Origin: Scyliorhinus canicula | Lineage: Eukaryota | Length of the DNA: 64,000 nt | NCBI RefSeq assembly: GCF_902713615.1 | Contig: NC_052155.1 | Coordinates: 191,008,429-191,072,428 of the forward strand | Direction of reading: 5' to 3' | Translations under genes and position numbers: made by a program | Shown here: positions 11,934 to 21,143 of the stretch, one piece after another | Layout of the letters: each line of letters begins with the position of its first letter | Numbering within the stretch: the stretch's first letter is position 1 | Notes under the pieces: generated by a model | Databases searched by the model: none | What the model saw: the letters and a program-made list of their open reading frames with translations, nothing else | What the model was told of the DNA's origin: nothing

Positions 11934-12326
11934 CGTATGTTTTCAAGGAGGAGTTTGATACAGCTCTTAGAGCTATAGGGATTAACGGAGATGGATTACG
12001 CAGTTGGATAATCAGCCGTGATCATAATGAATGGCAGAGGAGGCTTGAGGGGCTGAATGGCCTCCTCCTGCTCCTATTTTCTATGTTCCTATGTGGAGTG
12101 AAGCACCCTCACAAGTGACATTGTTGTCCTACGAGTGCAGTGCTGCCAATGCAACAGGATTGAACATTATGGCAAACTGTGCAAGGCAAAATCTCTGAAA
12201 CACACCAAAGGCCCAAAGATGGTCCATGAGGTGAAGATACCAAGTAGGTTTCTAAGTTTGAAATTTCTGTCACTGGCCACCTAACAAATCTAAATTTAGA
12301 TAACGCAGTCAGGAAACAATCCCGCG

Positions 12327-12552
12327 GGGGCAGCACGGTGGTGCAGTGGTTAGCACTGCTGCCTCACGGCGCTGAGGTCCCAGGTTCGATCCCGGCTCTG
12401 GGTCACTGTCTGTGTGGAGTTTGCACATTCACCCCGTGTCTGCGTGGGTTTCGCCCCCACAACCCAAAGATGTGCAGGGTAGGTGGATTGGCCACACTAA
12501 ATTGCCCCTTAATTGGAAAAAATGAACCGGGTACTCTAAATTTATTTTTTAA
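12327..12552 (+). mobile_element. HE1-like tRNA-derived shark SINE
   Basis: GGGCAGCACGGTGG..CAGTGGTTAGCAC...GGTTCGATCCCGG head, conserved body, T/A tail. Other copies: 13950-14165(-), 24111-24335(+), 27170-27513(-), 34935-35145(-), 44705-44925(+), 47370-47570(-), 57400-57633(-). Confidence 0.88.
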
Positions 12553-14529
12553 AAAGGAAACAATCCTGTTGGACAAAGAACCGTGGTGAAAGACCTCTGG
12601 CTTTGAACAGTGGACACACTACTTTATGGGCCCAGAGGAATCTGACCCAGTCATTGGTATAATACTGGAACCACTGGTAAGGCAGCAAACAGACGTTTGA
12701 GCTGATGTACTTCATCCATGACCAACTTTCCTCTCTCCTGAGCAGAGATGTCTGCAGAGCCTTGCATCTCCTCAAATCAACAGATGATGCTGAGGTGACC
12801 ATTGTCATTAACCAAACAGAATTGCATATTGATGAGTACTCAAACAGAAAGGAATACTCTTACTGGGAATTTTGCTCTGAACTGTCTCCTCTCTTTGTGG
12901 AGCAGGATTGTCCATTCACACTACAGGCCCTGGAAATCCCTCAATTGTCAGATCAGCCAACCACCCAGAAGGTAGCATGACATGCCAGCAGACGGGCTGA
13001 AAGAGAATGATCAGCAATCTGTGATGCCTCTATCTCTGGTCTCAATGACAGGGAAGCAGATCAACCCTCCAACCACTGTGTAGCTGCTGCAACTCCCAGA
13101 CGGCATGCCAAAACCACAAGAGATGCTGGAAGCTGCTCATGGCTGGCAATGAAAAGCAGGGGGTGAGCGTACCACCAACCTTCTGGCTACAGGAACACGT
13201 CCTCAGCCACAGTGGACACTGAGAAAACCCACATGATGACAGGAAAAGTGAAAGAAGCAAGAAGCAGAAAATGTTCACCCACCCCACAAGAAATGAGTTT
13301 GAGCAGCAGCCACCAATCAAAGCAGCGGCAGAAGCGGCTGTTTACAGTTCATTGTGAAGGAATGGAAGAAAGGAATGAAAGTTACCCAGATAACAGCTCA
13401 GTAAGAAACAGCAACAGCACAGTCCATCACTCCTCTGACAGAACTGTGAACGACCTGTGGGAGGGGCCCAGACCACCCCAACCTCAAACTTCAAGGACTT
13501 GATGGAGTAGTTATAATGTCAAAATAACAACAATATATTATTATTATAATATAGAAATAGTGATAATGTTAACCAGAAATGTTGGGTCATTGTGATTGAA
13601 CCTTCCTGCCCACGGCTTTCACTCCAGGTGGAGTGGTTACAACCGGAAATCCCATTGACAGTCGGCGGCCAGAAGAATCCCACAGCCAAGAAACACACGG
13701 CTGGCAAATGTATGAGTGATAACAATGGAAGAGATGAAGTGCCCTAATATATCTCCAAATACACTAGATAAAGTCATGGGGAATGTAGTATGAGGGTCTG
13801 GCACATAAAGGGTTAATGTGGGACTGAGCACAGTACCATCCACACAGAGTTACTGTGGTGTTGAACATAGAACATAGAGAAATACAGCACAGAACAGGCC
13901 CTTCGGCCCACCATGTTGTGCCGAACTTTTGTCCTAGTTTAATCATTGTGTCCAAAACTCTATGATAATCTAAGGGCAATTTATCATGGCCAATCCACCC
14001 AACCTGCATATCTTTGGACTGTGGGAGGAAACCGGAGCACCCGGAGGAAACCCACGCACACACGGGGAGGATGTGCAGACTCCACACAGTGACCCAAGCC
14101 AGAATCGAGCCTGGGACCCTGGAGCTGTGAAGCAATTGTGCTATCCACAATGCTACCGTGCTGCCCTTAAGAACAAATTAATCTACACTCCATTATTCTA
14201 CCATAATCCATGTACCTATCCAATAGCCGCTTGAAGGTCCCTAATGTTTCCAACTCAACTATTTCCACAGGCAGTACATTCCATGCCCCCACTACTCTCT
14301 GGGTAAAGAACTTACCTCTGACATTCCCCCTATATCTTCCACCATTCACCTTAAATTTATGTCCCCTTGTAATGGTTTCCACGCTGTTGAGTACAGTCAT
14401 GTATCGGCTTGAGCATGGAGTCAGCTGCGAGCTTATACCCCTTACCTAACATGTGCAAATATTTCAAATAGTTAATAGTTCCAATAGGTAATAGAGACTT
14501 ATAGTTAACCTGTAGTTAACCATAGATAC

Positions 14530-15490
14530 AATCAGTAAGGATAAACAATGACACCTCCTCCACGATAGTCCTCAGCACTGGGGTCCCGCAAGGCTGCGTG
14601 CTTAGCCACCTACTATTCTCCCTATACACACACCACTGTGTGACAAAATTTGGCTCCAACTCCATCTACAAGTTTTCTGATGACACGACCGTAGTGGGTC
14701 GGATCTCGAACAACAATGAGTCAGAGTACAGGAGGGAGATAGAGAACCTAGTGGAGTGGTGTAACAACAACAATCTCTCCCTCAATGTCAGCAAAACTAA
14801 AGAGCTGGTCATTAACTTCAGGAAGCGGAGTATCATACACATTCCTATATGCATCAACGGCGCCGAGGTGGAGATGGTTGACAGCTTCAACAATCTGTCC
14901 TGGTCCATCCACGTTGACGCTATGACCAAGAAAGTACAACAGCTCCTATACTTCCTCAGGAAACTAAAGAAATTTGGCATGTCCACATTGACTCTTACCA
15001 ACTTTCACAGATGCACCACAGAAAGCATCCTATCTGGCTGCATCACAGGCTTGAATGGCAACTGCTTGGCCCAACACCGCCCAGTCCATCACATGAACCC
15101 GCCTCCCATCCATTGATACTGTCTACACCTCCTGCTGCCTTGGGAAAGCGGGCAGCATAATCAAAGACCCCTCCCACCCGGGTTATTCTCTCTTCCAACT
15201 TCTTCCATCGGGCAGGAGATACACAAGTCTCAGAACACGCACTAACAGACTCAAAAACAGCTTCTTCCCTGCTGTTACGACCCCTGAATGGACTGAACTG
15301 ATCTCCTCAGACATCTTCTTTACTGAGTAGTACTACACTCCTGTATGTTTCACTCGATGCCAGTGTCTATGAATTTATATTGTGTATTTGTCATTTGCTC
15401 TATGCTTTTTCATGTATGGAACGATCTGTCTGGACTGTACGCAGAACAATAGTTTTCACTGCTACCTCGGTACATGTGACAATAAATCAA
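14530..15490 (+). mobile_element. Rex1/Babar LINE, 5'-truncated, degenerate RT
   Basis: ORF 14598-15116: SIYKFSDDTTVVGRISNNNESEYRREIENLVEWC...LSLNVSKTKELVINFRK. 3' tail (AATTC)n. Confidence 0.88.
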
Positions 15491-15879
15491 ATTCATTTCA
15501 ATTCAATTCAGAAGACTATGATGACTTCTTATTAATAATAATAGCTCATTGTCAAAAGTAGGCTTCAATGAAGTTACTGTGAAAAGCCCCTAGTCGCCAC
15601 ATTCTGGCAGAAAAGCCCCTAGTCGCCACATTCTAACACCTGTTCAGGGAGACCAGTATGGGAATTGAACCTGTTCTGCTGGCATTGTTCTGCATTACAA
15701 GCCAGTTGTTTAGCCCACTGTGCTTTACCAACCCCTGTCTTTAAGACATACTAATCTGTAGCCAACACCCCACAATACTAAGCATATCAGGTGGTCAGTT
15801 GGTGGCGATGTTAAACTGTGGATTCACAAACCCACAGCAATTTGATAGCTAAAATGTTTTGAATTTTTTAAAATTAACC

Positions 15880-16690
15880 TTGTAGGATGTGGGAGTCGCT
15901 GGTTAGGTCAGCATTTATTGCCCATCTCTAATTCCCCTTCAGAAGGTGATGGTGAGCTTCCTTCCTGAACCTCTGCAGTTCATGAGCTGTAGGTACACCC
16001 ACTGTGCTGTTAGGGAGGGAGTTCCAGGATGTTGCATCAGCAACAGTGAAGGAACGGCTGATATATTTCCAAGTCAGGGTGGTGAGTGACTTGGAGGGGA
16101 ACCTCCAGGTGGTGGGGTTCCCGGGTATCTGCTGCTCTTGTCCTTCTAGCTGTTCATGGTCATGAGTTTGGAAGGTGCTGCCTAAGGAATGGTGAGTTGC
16201 TGCGGTGCATCTTGTAGATGGTACACACGGCTGCCACTGTGCGTCGGTGGTGGAGGGTGTGAATGTTTGTGGAAGGGGGAGCAATCAAGCGGGGCTGCTT
16301 TGTCCTGGATGATGTTGAGTTTCTTGATTGTTGTTGGAGCTGCGCTCATCCAGGTAAGTGGAGAGTATTCCATCACACTCCTGGTTTGTGACTTGTAGAT
16401 GGTGGTCAGGCTTTGGGGGGGATCAGGAGGTGAGTTACTCTCCGCAGGATTCCCAGCCTCTGACCTGCCCCGGAAGCCACAGTATTAATGTGGCCGGGTC
16501 CAGTTCAGTTTCTGATCAATGGTAACCCCCCCAGGATGTTGATTGTGGGGGATTCAGCGATGGTAATGCCATTGAATGTCAAGGGCCGATGGTTAGATCC
16601 TCTCCTGTTCGAGATGGGCATTGCCTGGCACTTGTGTGGCCTGAATGTAAGTTGCCACTTGGCAGCCCCAAGCCTGGATATTGTCCCGGT
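15880..16690 (-). mobile_element. L2/CR1-clade LINE 3' fragment
   Basis: Peptide MEYSPLTWMSAAPTTIKKLNIIQDKAA. The same family occurs at 21990-22530(+) and 39150-39420(-). Confidence 0.75.
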
Positions 16691-16988
16691 CTGTGAAACA
16701 GGTAACACAGTGGGCAGATCGCCAGGTGAAATCCTGAGGTGTTTTTGTGGGAAGATTGATCTGAAATCAGTCAAATGATTCTGCTGGGTTCCTGGTTAGT
16801 ATAACTAATATTGCTATCCGAGAGCTCTGAGTGCGGGTCTCTGTGAGCCCGGGTTAGATCCGCTCTGTCTGAATCCCGAGGCACTAACCCCCCAGTCACA
16901 TTGGTTGAGATGGAGAAGGGGTTTGGCTGTGGGATTGAAGCGGCAGTTTGGTGGATGTGGAGCGGCATTGAGCTGGGAGGCTGGCTGG

Positions 16989-17016
16989 GGTTATTGTTAG
17001 GGGGTGAAACACTGTG
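16989..17016 (-). other. J1 RSS (12-bp spacer)
   Basis: GGTTATTGT (16989-16997), 12 nt, CACTGTG (17010-17016). Confidence 0.92.
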
Positions 17017-17066
17017 TTCCTACACAGAGAAAATCTTCGGCACTGGAAGCAAACTCTTTGTTACAG
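17017..17066 (+). CDS. TRGJ: TCR gamma J segment 1, SYTEKIFGTGSKLFVT
   Basis: K-I-F-G-x-G motif, upstream 12-RSS, phase-1 donor G|GTGAG. Confidence 0.93.
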
Positions 17067-17241
17067 GTGAGGTTTGAACGCTGTAAATGACAATCTGTGA
17101 ACTGGGGCCGCTGACTAACCGGGTTACTAGTTATGGTAGTTAGTGCAGGGCTGGAATAGCGGCTGGATCTCTGAGGATTGAGCACTGGGTCAGCGGGACA
17201 GTGTGTGGGGGGAGATGGTGTGTTTATTGGGAGGCCAGTTC

Positions 17242-17269
17242 GGTTATTGTGCAGAAGTGTAACACAGTG
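17242..17269 (-). other. J2 RSS (12-bp spacer)
   Basis: GGTTATTGT (17242-17250), 12 nt, CACAGTG (17263-17269). The heptamer reads CACTGTG from the coding end, so the essential CAC is kept. Confidence 0.9.
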
Positions 17270-17326
17270 TCACATCTGGTAGCTGGAAGAAGATTTTCGG
17301 CTCCGGGACTCGCCTCATTGTGTCAA
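17270..17326 (+). CDS. TRGJ: TCR gamma J segment 2, TSGSWKKIFGSGTRLIVS
   Basis: W-K-K-I-F-G-S-G motif typical of TRGJ, 12-RSS, phase-1 donor A|GTAAGT. Confidence 0.93.
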
Positions 17327-17503
17327 GTAAGTTTGAGGAATGTGTTTAACACAGAGTGGGAGAGGTTTATTTCCACCCTGGTCAGGCTGGGCCTCTGGGT
17401 GGTCACTTACACAGTCTGTGGGCTCAGGGTCTGGACAGAGCCGCTCCCAGCACCTGCTTCCTGCTCAGCTTTTCTGCAGCAGCCAGGGAGAGGGGTAGCG
17501 GCG

Positions 17504-17531
17504 GGTTTTTGTTGGGTGTTGTGTCACTGTG
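17504..17531 (-). other. J3 RSS (12-bp spacer), full consensus
   Basis: GGTTTTTGT (17504-17512), 12 nt, CACTGTG (17525-17531). Confidence 0.96.
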
Positions 17532-17578
17532 CTCTAACATAAAGATCTTCGGAACTGGCACCAAACTGATCGTCACAG
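17532..17578 (+). CDS. TRGJ: TCR gamma J segment 3, SNIKIFGTGTKLIVT
   Basis: IKIFGTGTKLIVT, consensus 12-RSS, phase-1 donor G|GTAAG. Confidence 0.95.
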
Positions 17579-18821
17579 GTAAGCTGAGGAGGGTCACAAA
17601 CTGGAGGGTGGCTGTGTTCTGGAGCATTAGCCACTTTGTGGAGTTACTGCCTGCAGTTTGTTGCGACTCCGGGTTGAGTGAACCGTTTAAACAGCGAATT
17701 GGGTCACCCCGGAGATCTGCACCATCCCAACAGTTAACAGCGAGCACCATGGAGACCGCGTTACTCTGCTCCACTCAAACCCAGTTTCCAATCCCCCCCC
17801 GTTATTACCCAACTCCGAAACCTGTCTTGTTTATGGAGGGAAAACATTTAAAGCCCAGCTGGGTGAATGCAGGAGTTATTAGTAGAATCTGTCCGAATTC
17901 ACACCGGTAGAGGTGGCCGGAGTTTAGTTATCAGACTGGCCGCCAGTTCCAGGTGAGATTTTGACCTGTTCTCCATTCCTGTGATCAGCAATTTGCAGTT
18001 TGAGGCGGGGTAGAGATTGTGGAAGGTGAATGTTCCCAATCTCAGGGGATTCCAACCCGCTTTCCCACTTAGTCCCAAACTGGGGGGGGGGGGGGGGGGA
18101 GGTCAGGGCGGGGGGGGGGGGGGTGGCTGTTCCCGCCCGGGGGTCCCGAGAAGCGGGATCCGAACCCCGACCGCCGGAGCGATCAAAATGGGGAATAAGT
18201 GGTATTCAATCAGGTCCAGTTACAATATGTGAGCGGCTGGATTATTTGTTAAAGGCAGAGTTATTTCTGGTGGCTGAGTATTCAGTGATTATTGGAGTTA
18301 TTCACTAGTATTCCTCATCATTTCTGCTTTAATGAGACGCCCGCTGCTTTTAGCACTGGGCCCCATTCCTAACAGCCAGAAACCGGTCACTCTGCATTTC
18401 TGAACAGGGCTTTAGAAGGAGCGGAGCCAGAGAGAGTTGGGGCGAATTCTGAATGTTACAACATGGAACATGTCCTCTCTCTTTGAGACTTTCCCACCGA
18501 GTCCCATCTCTGCTCGTTCACTTTCCGCATTTCTCCTGTGCAGATAGAGTGGGTTGTGCCATTCCTGTTAACTCATACCGACCTTCCCAGCTCAATCCCA
18601 CTTCAATCAGTCCCTCTACCACCAGACACTAATCTCTCATTGATTGAAAAATCAGCATTTACAATCTCGCAATTCCTCCCCGTATTCTTCCTTCAAAAAG
18701 CCAATCTCTCCATGGTGTAGATTTTACCATTCACTCCCTCCTGTCCGCTCCTATCCCATCCCTGTTTATTCTACACTTTTAAAATTTACTCTATCCTCCT
18801 GATCTTGATCCATTCTAATCT

Positions 18822-19146
18822 CTCCATAACCGTCTTTGCTCCGCCAACAGCCCGACTCTCTAATCTCTCCATAACCGTCTCTGCTCCGCCAACAGCCCGA
18901 CTCTCTAATCTCTCCATAACCGTCTCTGCTCCGCCAACAGCCCGACTCTCTAATCTCTCCATAACCGTCTCTGCTCCGCCAACAGCCCGACTCTCTAATC
19001 TCCCCATAACCGTCTCTGCTCCGCCAACAACCCGACTCTCTAATCTCTCCATAACCGTGTCTGCTCCGCCAACAGCCCGACTCTCTAATCTCCCCATAAC
19101 CGTCTCTGCTCCGCCAATAGCCCGACTCTCGAATCTCTCCATAATC
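18822..19146 (+). repeat. 45-bp minisatellite, about 7 copies, in the J-C intron
   Basis: Unit CCGCCAACAGCCCGACTCTCTAATCTCTCCATAACCGTCTCTGCT. Explains the repetitive ORFs at 18786-19346. Confidence 0.95.
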
Positions 19147-19199
19147 CAGTGTCTCAAATCCACTCTCTGAATTCTGTTTGATGTTAACTGCGCCACACT

Positions 19200-19705
19200 G
19201 CTCACTCCCCCATCACCCCCTCCTCTCCCCCTCCGATTCTCTCCCCCTCCTCTCCCCTTCTCCCTCAACGATTCTCTCCCCCTCTCCTCTCTCCCTCTCC
19301 GATTCTCTCCCCCTCCTCTCCCCTCCCCCTCCGATTCTCTCCCCATCTCCTCTCTCCCTCTCCGATTCTCTCCCCCTCTCCTCTCTCCCTCTCCGATTCT
19401 CTCCCCCTCCTCTCCCCTCCCCCTCCGATTCTCCCCCCATCCCCTCTCTCCCTCTCCGATTCTCTCCCCCTCCTCTCCCCTCCCCCTCCGATTCTCCCCC
19501 TCTCCTCTCCCTCTCCGATTCTCTCCCCCTCTCCTCTCCCCCTCTCCCGCTCTGATTCTCTCCCTCCTCCTTCTGCCACCCCCTCCTCTCCCACTCCCTC
19601 TTCTCAGCCCTCCTTTCGTCTTCCATCTTCTTCCCCGTCCCCTTTCTTTCTTTCCATCTCCTTCCTTCTCTCCTCTCTCCTGTCCACCCCCTGTCTCCTC
19701 TCATG
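19200..19705 (+). repeat. Polypyrimidine (C/T) imperfect minisatellite
   Basis: Repeats of CCCTCCGATTCTCTCCCCCTCCTCTC, almost no purines on the + strand. Confidence 0.92.
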
Positions 19706-19870
19706 ATTTCCATTTGAATTTGAACAAGGAAAAGATCAGAAGCCCCAATAAAACCCACCTGGAAGGGAAAGCTGGGAGTTGGTGAATGTTCAGCAAACCT
19801 GTGGCCAATTATTAAATCAATCTTCCTGCCCGGTATGTTTACAGAAATTCCTATTGTTTTTATTAATCAG

Positions 19871-20179
19871 ACAAAGCTCCTGAACAACCAGCAATCCGCC
19901 TCTTCCCACCGAATATCACAGAACTGGAGAACAATGGCAGAGCTCAGGTTGTCTGTCTCCTGACTGATTTCTTCCCAGAGGTTATTCGAGTTTCCTGGGA
20001 AATCCCTGGCGAGAATATCGGGAAAGTGTTCACAGGTTCAGTGAAGGAAGATCCGAACGGGAAATATTCGACTATCAGCCGCCTGGAGGTGACCCAGGTG
20101 CAGTGGGGAGGGAAGGATATCACCTGCCGGGTGGAACATGAAACAGGTTCAGCCTCGGCCACCATTAACAGCAAAACAG
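19871..20179 (+). CDS. TRGC: TCR gamma constant region exon 1 (Ig C1 domain)
   Basis: Acceptor AATCAG|, 309 nt open: (D)KAPEQPAIRLFPPNITELENNGRAQVVCLLTDFFPEVIRVSW...KYSTISRLEV...WGGKDITCRVEHETGSASATINSKT, donor G|GTCAGT. CLL..FFP.VI...W and C.V.HE match TRGC. J G + AC gives Asp-Lys, as at the start of mammalian TRGC. Confidence 0.93.
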
Positions 20180-20231
20180 GTCAGTAACTGCCAGAGTATT
20201 CCTCCCCCTGAAATACCCGCCATCAACAAAC

Positions 20232-20318
20232 AAATATCTCCCAAATATTCCCCAAATATCTCCCAAATATTCCCCAAATATCTCCCAAATATCCCCCAAA
20301 TATCTCCCAAATATTCCC
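20232..20318 (+). repeat. 11-12 bp tandem repeat (CAAATAT[C]TCCC)
   Basis: About 7 copies read directly. Confidence 0.85.
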
Positions 20319-21068
20319 CGAAGATCTATCTAACTTTCTTTCAATTCACTTTCACCAGGAATGTCTGTGGTTTTAGATTTTAATCCGATCAAAAATAAAA
20401 TAGTTTTTTGTTAATTGAGTGGGGAGCAGCCGGGCCGACCCCAGGGCCGCCTGTTTCTCGGCGGCGGGATTCTATCTCCCCGCCGCTGGTCAATGGGATT
20501 TCCCATTGAATCCGCTCCACACTGGCGCGGAACCCGCTGGCGGGAGGGCGGCAGAATTCCGGCTTTGAGATGAATAATTATCGATTGTAAAATCTGGAGC
20601 GGGAAATCATCAACTGCAGAATTCCCACGGGATTCTCCCGGATGTCCGCGGGATTCCAATCGGTGTGAACTCAGAGACCCCCCCCCCCCCTCTCCCCCAA
20701 AGACTGGAGTTTGTGCATCAAATGTTCCTAATGCGGGAGAAACTGCCCCTTGTGCTGAGGGCTGACTCCGCATTGACAACTGGCACCTTTATTCAGAGAA
20801 TGGCGTTACAGTCCATTGCCATTCACTTTTCCCGCCGGTAGCGACTTTCCCGTCAGCGTGGGGTGGAATTGACACCGCCGTAGAATCGCGCCGCCAGCGA
20901 AGGGAGCGCTGCCCAGAAACAGGCGGCTGGGAATCGGCCCCGTTGTCGAGCAAAGCTCCCTGTCTGAGTGTCTGAGCTCCCCCACACCTCCTTCACTGTC
21001 TGCTCTCAGCGCTCACTGCAGGGATTTCCCATTGTTTCTAATCTATTTCTTTTTTTCCTTCTCTGTAG

Positions 21069-21143
21069 CTGTGGACACTGCCACTTCTCCATCTCCACCG
21101 TGTCCCACCGTCCCTTCAGCAACAGCCGAGAACGTGGATGAAG
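21069..21143 (+). CDS. TRGC: TRGC exon 2, connecting peptide (A)VDTATSPSPPCPTVPSATAENVDE
   Basis: Long pyrimidine tract with TGTAG| acceptor, 75 nt phase 1-1, single Cys for the interchain disulfide, donor G|GTAATT. Confidence 0.88.

Larger units (their letters stand above)
9620..12095 (+). mobile_element. CR1 LINE 3' fragment interrupted by four nested insertions
   Basis: RT C-terminal peptide (QRDLGVLVHQ...KKTNGMLAFIARG...LVRPHLEY) and the CR1 3' UTR resume after each insert. Confidence 0.85.

Noticed and set aside
12327-12400. tRNA genes
   Set aside because: The A- and B-box sequences are SINE heads and do not form a complete cloverleaf.
16690-16775. Possible fourth or relic J (AAACAG|GTAAC, CACAGTG at 16706, TGTTTTTGT at 16740)
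   Set aside because: Heptamer and nonamer are in the wrong order and spacing, and there is no FGxG frame.
3404-16988. D segments or further V genes between V and J1
   Set aside because: The isolated CACAGTG/CACTGTG heptamers I checked lack correctly spaced nonamers, and most of the others lie in repeats. I found no second YYC-plus-RSS exon by eye.
16780-16990. STAT5 (TTCnnnGAA) germline J promoter as in mouse TRG
   Set aside because: I found no exact motif by eye upstream of the J segments.
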